Positions 11,341-25,898 are shown, counted from the first letter of the whole stretch. The stretch is 63,290 nt of DNA, filler included, from Octopus bimaculoides (GCF_001194135.2; 7 parts of 7 records of this genome joined end to end with filler, not necessarily neighbours in it); one strand, 5' to 3'. The notes: generated by a model not told the origin, from the sequence alone. Program-made: numbers and translations.

Positions 11341-12299
11341 CACTTGTATTCTGTTGTTTGTTTGACTGGTATTTTCATTGTTTCCTTGTTATTTTAAGTG
11401 TTATTTCTAGCTGATCAATTAATCATGTATCTCTCTATCTAGGTCGCCCCATAGGATGCCCCTTTTTAGGAGTTTTGGTTGCACATACTATAGGAGTCAC
11501 AGGGTGCTGCTTCATGTGGTTCCGTAGTCTCCATCTAACTAGGAATATTATTGTCTTGTATTCAAGATCCTCTGCATGACATCCTCCTAGTTCAAAGCTA
11601 GGAATCTGATTTGTTAGGTCCTACTGATAACTAAATCCATGCCCTGCTGCCAACGCTTCCATTTATTGTTGTTAAGGTTTTGTCTGTCTTCTACCCTTCA
11701 ACCTGTCTGGCCTGGTAAAATCTGTCTGAAGATTCCTCTCACTCCAGCATAGCTCTCTGGATCAATGGAGCACACAGGCACTTCACCATGACAAAGTACT
11801 TGTTGAATTGGTTGTTGACTACACAGTAGCTCTTCTGCCTTTTGACATCTCTTATTTTTCATCCCGCAGGGTGTCCAAGGGATTGCCAGTTTAGTTGTTG
11901 ACGACCCATCCATACGACAGGTTGTACTGGGTTACATGTTACTGGTAGCGTTCAAGAGCAACCTGACGTCATGTAGATGTTTCTCTCTATCATCTTTCAT
12001 GAAGGTTCCATTAATAGTTGGCTGTTTTCTTAAATATTCTTATTTGACCCTCTCTAGCAAATGTTGTTGTGGCTGTTTTGTTCGCAATGTTCACACCCTT
12101 TCCCACTATCCACTACCTGTACAAGAAATTTTTCTTCTGTTCCCACCACCTACACCAAATCTTACTGGTTTTTTTTTGTCTTCTTTCACCCCTCCCTCTG
12201 ATCCTTTTCATCTATATCAAAATCCTATTAAATGATAGTAATGTTAAGGGCATAACAAATACCATGACTTTGAAAACTTATATAAATTAAGATTATGTA

Positions 12300-13000
12300 T
12301 GAGGGTTGACTAAAAAGTTCATAGGCTGACCAAGATACCATGGAATGTGACCAAATGAGGTTTATTTTTCAAAATAGTACCCCTTGCTGTATAACTTTTA
12401 TTCATCAGAGTTGCAGTGCTTACATTCCATTGGTGAAGAAGCTTTCATCTTGTTTTCCAAAAATTCATCAGCAACAGATATGATGTGGTCATCACTGCAA
12501 TACTGGTTCCCAGCCCATTGTTTTTTCATGTTGGGAAACAAATAAAAGTTAGATGGGGCCAGTTAGATGGGTGATCAACAAGTTCAAAGTCACAGTCATA
12601 GAAACTAAGGGTTTATGTTTTGGAGTATTGTCCTGATGAAACAAGATCCCTTTTGTCAATCTTCAAGACTCTCTTTCTCTCCTAAATTCAGTTGCCCACT
12701 TTTCCACTGTTGATAAAGCTGGAGCATCAACCCCCAATGTGGCAATCATGCAGCATGGATGTCCTTGGGAGATAAACTTGTTTTCTGCAGGTACCTGATA
12801 ATACTACGATGCTAAATTTTGTCCATTTTCAAGAGGAATTAATTTTTGAAGTCTTCTTTAAACTGTCAGATGTCAGTTTACCTGGAAAGAAACAATGCAG
12901 TTACTGATAAAAAGAAGAGTTGAAAATAATACATGCAAGATTTCATAGCTCTTGCATCATGCCTTCATAGTCAGCCTATTAACTTTTCAGCCTACCTTCA
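12300..13000. mobile_element. Non-autonomous mariner-like element, 701 bp
   Basis: TIRs TGAGGGTTGACTAAAAAGTTCATAGGCTGAC and reverse complement TGAAGGTAGGCTGAAAAGTTAATAGGCTGAC, each flanked by TA. Confidence 0.85.
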
Positions 13001-13169
13001 TATTATGTAGTTGTGTATAAATAATAGTCATAAATTATATCTATTATAGTAGGTGTAGCAAGTGTGAAATGAATGAATAATAGTAAATTTAATGCTAGGA
13101 GAAGCCTATGAATAATGTGTGTGTAAACCTGCAATCTACTGGCAAACCACGACAATCATTCTTATTCCT

Positions 13170-16100
13170 CACAGGCGCAGATGTATTCATGTAGTAATGA
13201 TCCTACTAAGAGAAGGCCTTCTAACCAACCACACACCTTCCCCTCCTGTGGATTCCAAGGCTGTAGGGCTGCAACTATAAATGTGGGCACAATGAAAGGT
13301 AGGTCTGGTGAGCTTGCGGAAATGCTTGAGTGGAAACTTGTGGGTGTTTGCTGTCTGCAAGATGGAAAGGTTCTGTAACAAACTCCTTATGCAGAAAAGA
13401 CAGACAAATTTTTGTTGGGGTAAGTACCAGTGATGGCAGGTGTGGGATAGACATGCTGTAAGCTGGGAAATGGATAAAAAAGTAATTGAGGTAGTCAGAG
13501 TATGTGTTAGGACAATCAAGATGAGACTATAGGCAGCTCAACAGTAACAATTATCTTGGCATATACTCCACAGGTAGGACTAATACATGTACAAAAGGAC
13601 TGTTTCTACACAACTCTTCAGCTGGTTACCTTATTGACAGCTGATGGCGGACTTAATTATTGTGGCTGGCGACTTCAGTGGTCATGTTGGTCAACACTCC
13701 AATGGCTTCCATGACATACATAGAAATTACAGATAATGTGAGAGAAATGAGGAAGGTGTACAATTCCTTAGTTCTGTGATGCAACAGATCTAACAATTTG
13801 CAACACACTTTATGAAACCAACCAACCACCTAATCACCTTCAAATTTGGAATGCCTGCTAGTCAAATAGATTACATTCTCATCAGGAAAATAGTTAGAAC
13901 ATCTATTGTAAATGCCAAAAACTTGCCTGGTGAAGAATGCACTGCACAACACAGATGAGTAGTTAGTGACTTTAGAGTTAGAGCTAAGAAGACAAAGAAA
14001 TGAACATGGGGAAGGAAGACATAAAAACTAAAGGATCCCACAATTGGAAAGGGATTCAGTGAAATACTAACTGATGCATATGACTGCAGGGAGATAGACA
14101 CTTGTAACATAAATGAAAACTGGGAATTCCAACAAAGTAACTTGCTCAGGGCCATTGAACAGATACATGACTAGAGCAAAGTCTCTATCTAACTGAACAT
14201 AACATGGTGGAACAATACAGTTGATAAGTGTATAAAGGCTACGAAACAGGCATGGAAAATCTAGAAGGTAATGGGTAATAGGAAACATTATCAAGTAGCT
14301 TGAAGAGCAGCTAGGTGACAAGGTATATTTGGCTAAAAGTGAGGCAGAGAGGAAGAAATTTACACACGTCTTGCAGTATGAGGATCAAAAGAATGACGTG
14401 TTCAGGATGTAAGGCAGTGTAAGAGAGAACAGTGATGTCACTGGTGTTAGATGTATTTGGAATGATGACAGCATTCTTACTACTGATATGTAAGATAAAG
14501 AAGCATGGAAGTGCTATTATGAGAGGCTGTTAAATGTAGAGAATACACGGGATGAAGAGGAACCAACTATTCAAGTTGACAACAACATAGTAGATAAGAC
14601 GATAAAGGAGATGGAGGGTGGGAAGGCTGCAGGTCCATCTGGGATAGTTGCAGAGATGCTCAAAATATCTGGTGAGGTAGGGTACAGGATTACCACTCTG
14701 ATAGTAAAATCAAGTCCTACAAGAAAGAGTCATACCCAGTGACTGGCATCATCATCATCATCATCATCGTTTAACGTCCGCTTTCCATGCTAGCATGGGT
14801 TGGACGATTTGACTGAGGACTGGTGAAACCGGATGGCAACACCAGGCTCCAGTCTGATTTGGCAGAGTTTCTACAGCTGGATGCCCTTCCTAACGCCAAC
14901 CACTCAGAGAGTGTAGTGGGTGCTTTTACGTGTCACCCGCACGAAAACGGCCACGCTCNNNNNNNNNNNNNNNNNNNNNNNNNNNNNNNNNNNNNNNNNN
15001 NNNNNNNNNNNNNNNNNNNNNNNNNNNNNNNNNNNNNNNNNNNNNNNNNNNNNNNNNNNNNNNNNNNNNNNNNNNNNNNNNNNNNNNNNNNNNNNNNNNN
15101 NNNNNNNNNNNNNNNNNNNNNNNNNNNNNNNNNNNNNNNNNNNNNNNNNNNNNNNNNNNNNNNNNNNNNNNNNNNNNNNNNNNNNNNNNNNNNNNNNNNN
15201 NNNNNNNNNNNNNNNNNNNNNNNNNNNNNNNNNNNNNNNNNNNNNNNNNNNNNNNNNNNNNNNNNNNNNNNNNNNNNNNNNNNNNNNNNNNNNNNNNNNN
15301 NNNNNNNNNNNNNNNNNNNNNNNNNNNNNNNNNNNNNNNNNNNNNNNNNNNNNNNNNNNNNNNNNNNNNNNNNNNNNNNNNNNNNNNNNNNNNNNNNNNN
15401 NNNNNNNNNNNNNNNNNNNNNNNNNNNNNNNNNNNNNNNNNNNNNNNNNNNNNNNNNNNNNNNNNNNNNNNNNNNNNNNNNNNNNNNNNNNNNNNNNNNN
15501 NNNNNNNNNNNNNNNNNNNNNNNNNNNNNNNNNNNNNNNNNNNNNNNNNNNNNNNNNNNNNNNNNNNNNNNNNNNNNNNNNNNNNNNNNNNNNNNNNNNN
15601 NNNNNNNNNNNNNNNNNNNNNNNNNNNGCATGCGTCATACAGTCTGCCTTTTACTCTGAGTGAGAGTCCCTTTGTCGCCAGCAGGAGTAAGAGCTCTCTA
15701 AACCTTGCCCAGGCTATTCCTATTCTAGCAGCCACACTTTCAGCGCACCCACCCCCACTACTAACTTGGTCGCCCAGATAGCGGAAGCTATCGACTACCT
15801 CCAGTTTTTCACCCTGGAATGAGATAGAAGTTGTTTCCTGTTTGTTTGCAGTCTTTATTGCACCTGAACATCTGCCACAAACAAAAACTAACTTGCTAGT
15901 TAACCTGCCTTTGATGTTGCTGCACCTCCCATCTGTCCATAGCTTGCACCGGGTACATCTTATAGAGTTACTACCTACTCCTTTTCTACATACTGAGCAT
16001 AGTAGTATTATTGTAAACTACTACAAAGGCAAAGGAGATGCCTTAGAGAGAAGTAGCTAAAGAGGAATTAAATTACTTGAAGAACACAGAATCTTTGTAT

Positions 16101-17450
16101 TACTGGGTTGTGACAGGATAGATCTAGATGAGATGGAGTTTGGTTTTGTGCCTAGAAAAGGCACCACAGAAAGAATCTTCTAGTAGAAATACTTGGCTAA
16201 GAGTAAACCATCATTGCTGGCATTTGTTGATCTGGAGAAGGCTTTTGACAGGGTACCATGTACAGTAATATGGTGGTTACTAAAGAAGTTAGCTATTGAT
16301 GGATGGTTTGTGAGAGCTGTGCAAGCCATGTACAAAGATACAGTAAGTGAAGTGGAAGTCAGCAATGACATCAGCAACAAATTTAGCGTGAATTTACTGC
16401 ACCTTGATGGAATCAGTTCTCATCTCCTTCCTGTTCATCATAATCCTACAACCCACCACAGATGACTTTAAGAGTGGCTGTCCATGGAAACTCTTATATG
16501 TTTATGACCTAGTTCTTAGAGCTGGCACCAAAGGGGAATTAGAGGAGAAATTCAGGAATGGAAGTTTATCTGGAATTGAGAGGTCTTAAATTAAACCTAG
16601 AAAAGACAAAGGTTTTAGTAAATAGAAAAAAAAAAAAAAAAAAAACCCCCAGGAAAACGGCCTTGCTCAGTATACAGAAATGGAGTTGGTATAAACTCTA
16701 TATGCTGTACTCAATGTAAGCTGTGGACATATGAAAGATGCAATGGAATCATTGGCAAACTTCCTGGAAATGTAGGCTTCATATGTGGTAGATGCAGTGG
16801 AGCAGTTTATACTAGCACACTGGAAATTGAAACTCTTAAATGTTCAGATGGTTCACTAGATGCAGTTGATTGTTTTGTTACTTAGGAGATGTAATTAGCA
16901 AGGGAGGTAGCTGCTCTGAAAACATAGAACTGGCTAGGAAAAAGTTCAGGGAATTACTACCGCTGCTGGCAACAAAGGTCTCAGAGTGAAAGGCAGATTA
17001 TATGATGCTTATACTAGAACTACAATGCTGCATGATAGTGAGACGGGCCTTGAATGCAGAGGACATGTAAAGACTGAAAAAAAAAAAAAATGGAACATGC
17101 ATGCTCAGTTGGATGCGCTATGTAAGTGCATGAACGTCATAGTATAAATGTGCTGGGAGAAAGACTGGGCATATGAGAGATCAGAAGTAATGTGCAAGAA
17201 AGAAGATTGCACTGGTATGAACATGTCATGTACATGGGAGTGGACAGCTGTATAGAAATGTGCCGATCACTAAAAGTGGATGGAGCTTGGGAATGAGGAA
17301 GAAATCAGGAAGACATGTAGTGAAGGTTGACCTCAGGACCCTGAGCCTCACTGAGAAAATGACAAGGGGCTGGGATATCTGAAAAAAGGATACCTGGCAA
17401 AACAAGGTTCTTATGAAAACCTGTCCATCATGATGAAACTGACATCTAGA
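13170..17450 (+). mobile_element. Near full-length decayed RTE LINE (APE endonuclease, RT, Cys-rich finger)
   Basis: NVGTMKGRSGELAEML at ~13277, VAGDFSGHVG, QIDYILIRK, YKGKGDAL, AFVDLEKAFDRVP, SGCPWKLLY, and C-terminal LRVKGRLYDA/LHWY motifs. Many stops and frameshifts. Confidence 0.9.
14750..15996 (-). mobile_element. 5'-truncated RTE copy nested antisense inside the RTE at 13170-17450 (partly gap)
   Basis: (GAT)n tail at 14750 and ORF remnant AARIGIAWARFRELLLLLATKGLSLRVKGRLYDAC. The host frame IPSDW-H-SSIIVNYYKGKG rejoins across the insertion. GCAT is present at both ends. Confidence 0.85.
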
Positions 17451-17542
17451 AGCACTGTGTGGGAATATATTGTATTTATTTATATATATATGTGTGTGTG
17501 TGTGTGTATGAATATGAATATGTATGTATATATACATATATT

Positions 17543-17570
<28 letters not shown>

Positions 17571-17573
<3 letters not shown>

Positions 17574-17811
17574 TCTTTTACTCTTTTACTTGTTTCAGTC
17601 ATTTGACTGCAGCTATGCTGGAGTACCACCTTTAGTCGAGCAAATTGACCCCATGACTTATTCTTTGTAAGCCTAGTACTTATTTTATCGGTCTCTTGTA
17701 CCGAACCGCTAAGTTACGGGGACGTAAACACACCATCGTCGGTTGTCAAGCGAATGTTGGGGGGACAAACACAGACATACAGACATATACGCACACATAC
17801 ATACATACATG

Positions 17812-17854
<43 letters not shown>

Positions 17855-18016
17855 GACAGGCTTCTTTCAGTTTCCGTCTACCAAATCCACTCACAAGGCT
17901 TAGGTCAGCCTAAGGCTATAGTAGAAGACACTTGCCCATGGGGCCACAGAGTGGGAATGAACCCAGAACCATGTGGTTGGTAAGCAAGCTACTTACCACA
18001 CAGCCACTCCTGCGCC
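17571..18016 (-). mobile_element. SINE family A, full length
   Basis: Head ends ...GCCACTCCTGCGCC on the plus strand, central (TA)n, tail TACTCTTTTACTCTTTTACTTGTTTCAGTC. Confidence 0.9.
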
Positions 18017-18043
18017 ATATATATGTATATATATGTATATATA

Positions 18044-19498
18044 TCATTGTTTAATGTCTGCTTTCCATGCTAGCATGGGTTGGACGATCTGACTGAGTAC
18101 TGGTGAACCGGATGGCTGCACCAGGCTCCAATCTGATCTGGCAGAGTTTCTACAGCTGGATGCCCTTCCTAATGCCAACCACTCTGAGAGTGTAGTGGGT
18201 TCTTTTACGTGCCACCTGCACGAGGTACTGGCAACGTCCACACTCAAAATGATATTTTTTATGTGCCACCTTGCACAGGAGCCAGTCCAGCGGCACTGGC
18301 AACAACCTTGCTCGAATGAATTTTTAACGTGCCACCGGCACAAGTACCAGTAAGGTGACGCTGGTAACGATCACGCTCAAATGGTGCTATTTGCATGCCA
18401 CTAGCACGGAAGCCAGACAGCTGCTCTGGCAATGATCATGCTCGGACAGTGCTCTTAGCACTCCACTGGCATAGGTGCCAGTCATCGAATATGGTTCAAT
18501 TTCGATTTCATTTGCCCCAACAGGTCTTCACAAGCTGAGTTTAGTGTCCAATGAAGGAGACGTTGGCAAGGGTGCCAGTTGTCGAAATTGGTTTGATTTC
18601 GATTTCAAATTCACTTGTTTCAACAGGTCTTTGCAAGCAGTATTTTTAGTGTCCAATGAAGTAAAGATACGAATTTGTGAGCTGGCTACACTTCTGGCAG
18701 AGGCCACAGATTATTCTCTTCCTTGGCTGGCCGGGTCATCTCACGTACTGCATGTTTCCAAAGGTCCCGGTCACTATTCATTGCCTCGGTGAGGCCTAAA
18801 GTTTGAAGGTAGTGCTTCACCACCCCATCCCAGGTCTACCTCTTCTACAGGTTCCCTCAACCGCTAGGTTGTGGAACTCTTTCACACAGCTATCCTCATC
18901 CATTCTTGCCACATGATCATACCAGCGCAACCATCTCTCTTGCACACCACAACTGATGCTTCTTAGGTCCAACTTTTCTCTCAAGGTACTTAAACTATGT
19001 TGAGTATGCACACTGACATTACACATCCATCGGAGCATACTGGCTTCGTTTCTTGCAAGCTTACGCATGTTCTCAGCAGTCACGGCCCATGTTTCACTGC
19101 CATGTAGCATGGCGGTTCATACACATGCATCATACAGTCTGCCTTTTACTCTGAGTGAGAGGCCCTTTGTCACCAGCATAGGTAAGAGGTCTCTGAACTT
19201 TGCCCAGGCTATTCTTATTCTAGCAGCTACACTTTCAGCGCACCCTCCCCCGCTACTAACTTGGTCACCTAGATAACAGAAGCTATCAACTACTAGTTTT
19301 TCTCCCTGGAATGTGGCAGAGGTTGTTTTCTGCACATTTACAGTGTTTATTGCTCCTGAGCATCTGCCACATACAAAAACTATCTTGCTAGTTAGCCTTT
19401 CATTTGATATTGCTGCATCTCTTATGTGTCCATAGCTTAGACTGGGTACAACTTATGGAGTTTCTACCTACGCCTTTTCTTCAGATCGAACAGGGCCA

Positions 19499-19499
<1 letters not shown>
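18044..19499 (-). mobile_element. RTE LINE 3' fragment
   Basis: ORF-track hits FCYLGDQVSSGGGCAESVAARIRIAWAKFRDL and MLHGSETWAVTAENMRKLARNEASMLRWMC...GRP, followed by the RTE 3' UTR. Confidence 0.9.
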
Positions 19500-19544
<45 letters not shown>

Positions 19545-19644
19545 NNNNNNNNNNNNNNNNNNNNNNNNNNNNNNNNNNNNNNNNNNNNTTAATTAATTAA
19601 NNNNNNNNNNNNNNNNNNNNNNNNNNNNNNNNNNNNNNNNNNNN
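19545..19644. other. Artificial scaffold spacer 44N-TTAATTAATTAA-44N
   Basis: An identical 100-bp construct occurs six times. The 12-mer places stops in all six frames. Confidence 0.95.
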
Positions 19645-20156
19645 TATATATATGTATATATATATATACACACATACATACATATATATGGATATTATAT
19701 ATACATATATGTACATATTTTAAAATGTAAACGGCATGTAAATCATTGCCTGTTTTTTTCCGCCGTCTTCGTTTTCTATAGGATTTTCCTCAGTTCCCTG
19801 TTTCTGAAAAAGAGCTTTGCTTGAAACATAAAACCCACCTTTCTTCGTGCTTGTTCTTCGTTTTTCTGGATACAAGAGTTGGTTGACTGTAGTAAATGTC
19901 TGACCATTGACTCTTCAGAAACCACTCTTGAGATGCTCATGATCGGAAACCTAAGCTTCCGGTGGACAAGTTTCAGTTCCAACGTACTATTTTCACACTC
20001 TAACATACGCACATACATACAATAGAGATACTCATACATACATTCGTTTGCACATACATGCTGACACGATCTAACGAACACATTATGTCATATATATAGA
20101 CGTACGTCCTCATGTAGTTGTGTATATTTGCATATAGAGCCGTACAAATTTATACG

Positions 20157-20187
<31 letters not shown>

Positions 20188-20539
20188 NNNNNNNNNNNNN
20201 NNNNNNNNNNNNNNNNNNNNNNNNNNNNNNNNNNNNNNNNNNNNNNNNNNNNNNNNNNNNNNNNNNNNNNNNNNNNNNNNNNNNNNNNNNNNNNNNNNNN
20301 NNNNNNNNNNNNNNNNNNNNNNNNNNNNNNNNNNNNNNNNNNNNNNNNNNNNNNNNNNNNNNNNNNNNNNNNNNNNNNNNNNNNNNNNNNNNNNNNNTAC
20401 GATGAAGAGTTTGTTCTTAAGAAAAATTTCATGCATAAACATATATATACATTATTGATATATCCATCTGTCCACCCATTTATCCGTCTGGCTATCTCTC
20501 TCTCTCTCTCTCTCTCTCTCTTACTCTTTCTCTCTCACT

Positions 20540-20583
<44 letters not shown>

Positions 20584-20700
20584 GTGTCTGTCTGTATGTC
20601 TGTCTATCTGCCTATCTCTGTCTCTATCTATCTATCTAACTATCTATCTATCTATCTATCTATCTATCTGTAAACACACACACACACACACACACACATA

Positions 20701-20805
<105 letters not shown>

Positions 20806-21575
20806 GTGATGAATGATGGAGTTATTTACCTAGGACAGTGTCTGTCTTCAGTTTGTAAAAAAAAACTCAGAATCAGGACGCGAGCAAATATGGAAGCATA
20901 CGTTCAGTAACTCGTCATATCTGACTCAGCAAACAAATTTTACTCAACTCCTGCCTAAATTTTCATATCTGAACATACAAAAATATGCTACAAAATCTCA
21001 CCGATTGTTAATTCAAAAAGGACATTGGACAAAACCCGCTGGTTATAGGCTGACCGCCATATTAATAATAACATAGGAACGACAAGAAAATTATCAGAAA
21101 TAGCAGTGGACGAAGAAGGTACACCTTGTAAGCGTATCTGCATAATGTAACAACTGCAATAATATTCGCACGCATATAATATTCGATTTAAAGAATATTT
21201 ATATTACTATATAACTTTATACCATGGAATATTAATACTCCTTTTCTTTTTCTCTCAGATACGCATTAAAAAGTAAGCAAAATATATAACCGATGTCGAT
21301 ATGAATATATGAAAAATAAGTATGTCATATGATATGTCTGACGGTCTGTCTGGCTGTTTGTTTCATTGTTTGTGAGTCTCCATGTGGGTATTATATATAT
21401 ACACACACATACACACACACACATATATATATAAAAGCGAACACATATATTCAATATATAAGTATTGTAAATTCAAATCCATAAGTATATATAAATACGT
21501 ACATATACATGTGTGTGTGTAAGTGTATATGTGTGTATATATATATATATGTTTATATATATATATATATATATG

Positions 21576-21674
<99 letters not shown>

Positions 21675-22394
21675 CGAAAGAGAGAGAGAGAGCGAGTGAT
21701 AGTATTATACACATGTCATCAAAATGGCAGTTCAAAGGAAACAAGCTGAAACTGGCCTTTCATAAATATATCGACGTAACATACATTCCTCATATTTCAC
21801 GTGGAAGTGTTACAAAACACCATATATTGCAAGATTAGGTTCTGATTAAAGTTCATGTACGAAGAGTGCTATATTTTATCAATAATCAAAGCAGTAAGCA
21901 TTCCACACCGCATATAAGATAGATAACACTACGACATTTCATATGTATGTATATATGTATGTGTAGAACTTTTATATCGAAGTACGTACCTTATAGTATA
22001 CAAATTTTATTCAATAAAAATTCTCGGAATATATTTCATGTGGTTAGTATAAATAAGATCGTATAAACTATATTACAATTTTAAAATACAAAGATATACA
22101 TATTTGCAATACAAATGTATATTTAATATGCACGTCAAACATTGCGAAAACTTGTTGTTTACTGTATTACACATTATCGAAAGCATTTTTGAAGTTTCTT
22201 CATCGAGTCTTTTATGAACAGGCCTAGAATAATAAACATGGAGTAGTTTTTATGCGTTGTAAGGTTTTATGCTTCATTAAGCAAATGTTTTACAACAAAA
22301 CTTTTGTGAAGAATCTGTTTCCAATCAGATTGTCTTGTTCAGAGCTTATTTCTGTGTAATAACTCATACTATTCCTCCGATATATTTGCATATA

Positions 22395-22797
22395 GGCGCA
22401 GGCGTGGCTGAGCAGTAAGAAGCTTGCTTCCCAACCACATGTTTGTGGGTTCAGTCCCACTGCTTGGCAACATGGGCAAGTGTTTTCTAATATAGCCTCG
22501 CGCCGACCAAAGCCTTCTGATTGGGTTTGGTAGACGGAAACTGAAAGAAGCCCGTTGTATATATATATATATATATATACTTATGTGTGTGTGTATTTGT
22601 GTGTTTGTCTTTGTCCCCCCACCATCGCTTGATAACCAATGTTGGTGTGTTTACGTCCCTGTAACTCAGCCGTTCGGCAAAATACCCGATAAAATAAGTA
22701 CTGGGCTTACGAAGAATAAGTTCTGGGGTCGATTTGTTCGACTAAAAATGGTGCTGCAGCATGATCGCAGTCACATGACTTAAACAAGTAAAAGAAT
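22395..22797 (+). mobile_element. SINE family A, full length
   Basis: GGCGCAGGCGTGGCTG...GGTTCAGTCCCACTG head, (TA)n/(TG)n middle, ...ATGACTTAAACAAGTAAAAGA tail. Confidence 0.9.
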
Positions 22798-23378
22798 GAT
22801 AGAAAAGAATATATACACATATGTATGTATATAGNNNNNNNNNNNNNNNNNNNNNNNNNNNNNNNNNNNNNNNNNNNNNNNNNNNNNNNNNNNNNNNNNN
22901 NNNNNNNNNNNNNNNNNNNNNNNNNNNNNNNNNNNNNNNNNNNNNNNNNNNNNNNNNNNNNNNNNNNNNNNNNNNNNNNNNNNNNNNNNNNNNNNNNNNN
23001 NNNNNNNNNNNNNNNNNNNNNNNNNNNNNNNNNNNNNNNNNNNNNNNNNNNNNNNNNNNNNNNNNNNNNNNNNNNNNNNNNNNNNNNNNNNNNNNNNNNN
23101 NNNNNNNNNNNNNNNNNNNNNNNNNNNNNNNNTATATATATATAATTTATTAGAATAGATGAAGTAATTGATTTTGGTTATACACTCGAACCTAAATTGA
23201 ATTGATCATTGCCCCTCATCCTTATTTCTGCCACTGATGTACGTGATAACAAAAATTATGCAAACAACATACACATGCATGTGCGTATAAATCAAGTAGA
23301 AACACACATATACGTCTGTATGTAACTCTCTCTTTTATATATACATACACACACATATACTATATATATATACTACAT

Positions 23379-23431
<53 letters not shown>

Positions 23432-24051
23432 GACACGCACGCATGTAATGATAATCATAATTTTATTGACTGTGATTTCAAAGTTTCGCCAAGTCTATGC
23501 ATAATCCAATAAACTATATATAAACAGAGAGGTCACTTTCAATAAACTTATTATAAATATTAAATTTTACACTTGAATTAAGTCCTTTATTCAATTAGTG
23601 CTCGCTCATTTTATGCATGTAAAAACCATCATTATTTACAATGTGTGCAGAGAGAAATATAAATTATTTATCTATAAACACACATCAACTCGCTAAGAAC
23701 ATGGCGATGAAAAAAAACTCGAGGCACTGTGCAGATTGCATCTATTTTCCGACCTTTCGAACATTTCCTCCGTTTGTATGTGTATGTAAGTTTGTATATA
23801 CGGCATATATGAATGCAAGTACATAAGTATGTACCTATACCTCTCTCTGTCTCTCTGTCGGCATCTATCTCTCTCCATCTATGTGTATATCGATCAGTTT
23901 ATGTATGAATGTATGTATGTATGTGCTGTCTAAATGCATGCCCAGTATTCACGGGAATGTGTATGTACTTACAGAATTTCAATGCATATATACACACAAG
24001 CGCGCAAATGTACACACTGGTATATCGAGGCAAACCATCACAAACTTCTGA

Positions 24052-24095
<44 letters not shown>

Positions 24096-24205
24096 GCAAT
24101 ATCTATTTATCTGTGTATCTATATACATATAATGCGTACACACAAATACGTATGCTCACATATATGTATATATACATTAATATATGTACTTATATATATA
24201 TATAT

Positions 24206-24240
<35 letters not shown>

Positions 24241-25186
24241 GTGTGTGTGTGTACATACATACATACATACATATATATATATTCATACAGGCAACCATAT
24301 ATTTATATATATATGTATGTGTGTGTATATGTATGTATATATTTCTATGTGTATATNNNNNNNNNNNNNNNNNNNNNNNNNNNNNNNNNNNNNNNNNNNN
24401 NNNNNNNNNNNNNNNNNNNNNNNNNNNNNNNNNNNNNNNNNNNNNNNNNNNNNNNNNNNNNNNNNNNNNNNNNNNNNNNNNNNNNNNNNNNNNNNNNNNN
24501 NNNNNNNNNNNNNNNNNNNNNNNNNNNNNNNNNNNNNNNNNNNNNNNNNNNNNNNNNNNNNNNNNNNNNNNNNNNNNNNNNNNNNNNNNNNNNNNNNNNN
24601 NNNNNNNNNNNNNNNNNNNNNNNNNNNNNNNNNNNNNNNNNNNNNNNNNNNNNNNNNNNNNNNNNNNNNNNNNNNNNNNNNNNNNNNNNNNNNNNNNNNN
24701 NNNNNNNNNNNNNNNNNNNNNNNNNNNNNNNNNNNNNNNNNNNNNNNNNNNNNNNNNNNNNNNNNNNNNNNNNNNNNNNNNNNNNNNNNNNNNNNNNNNN
24801 NNNNNNNNNNNNNNNNNNNNNNNNNNNNNNNNNNNNNNNNNNNNNNNNNNNNNNNNNNNNNNNNNNNNNNNNNNNNNNNNNNNNNNNNNNNNNNNNNNNN
24901 NNNNNNNNNNNNNNNNNNNNNNNNNNNNNNNNNNNNNNNNNNNNNNNNNNNNNNNNNNNNNNNNNNNNNNNNNNNNNNNNNNNNNNNNNNNNNNNNNNNN
25001 NNNNNNNNNNNNNNNNNNNNNNNNNNNNNNNNNNNNNNNNNNNNNNNNNNNNNNNNNNNNNNNNNNNNNNNNNNNNNNNNNNNNNNNNNNNNNNNNAAAT
25101 GCGTGAGTTTGCTTGTCTTTTTATAAATGCACAGATACATACACGCAGACAAACATACATATATAAATATTTACATACACTCACAC

Positions 25187-25249
<63 letters not shown>

Positions 25250-25728
25250 CTTGATTCAAATATTTTTTTAAGCGGGTGCAATGCAACAGGGAGTCAGATT
25301 TTGATATATGTACACATAACAAACACCCACCCGAAAACACACACATGCCCCAACAAACATACACAAATGCACACACACATACACATATACACACACGTAG
25401 AAACACACACACACATGTGTGTATGTATGTATGTATGAGTGCCTGTAGATAATCCTTATATAAATGAGGTACTGAGTTCGTATACGTGTACGTATGCATC
25501 GTAACCTATACAACGTGGGAAAATAGATGTGCATGCGGCTGTTTCTCTACACACACATATATATGTGTGAGTATGCGTGTCCGTGTGTGTGAGTGTGTGT
25601 GCGTGTGCGCGCGTATATATATATATATATATATAAATAAATATATTTATGTATGTCTACACAAACATAAACTTATATTTAAACAAATAGGTTCACGCGC
25701 ATATATACATATGTATATGTATGTATAC

Positions 25729-25778
<50 letters not shown>

Positions 25779-25812
25779 ATANNNNNNNNNNNNNNNNNNN
25801 NNNNNNNNNNNN

Positions 25813-25854
<42 letters not shown>

Positions 25855-25858
25855 CATG

Positions 25859-25898
<40 letters not shown>

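Noticed and set aside
19589-19600. TTAATTAATTAA as a biological motif
   Set aside because: It is always centred in exactly 44+44 N, so it is an assembly spacer.
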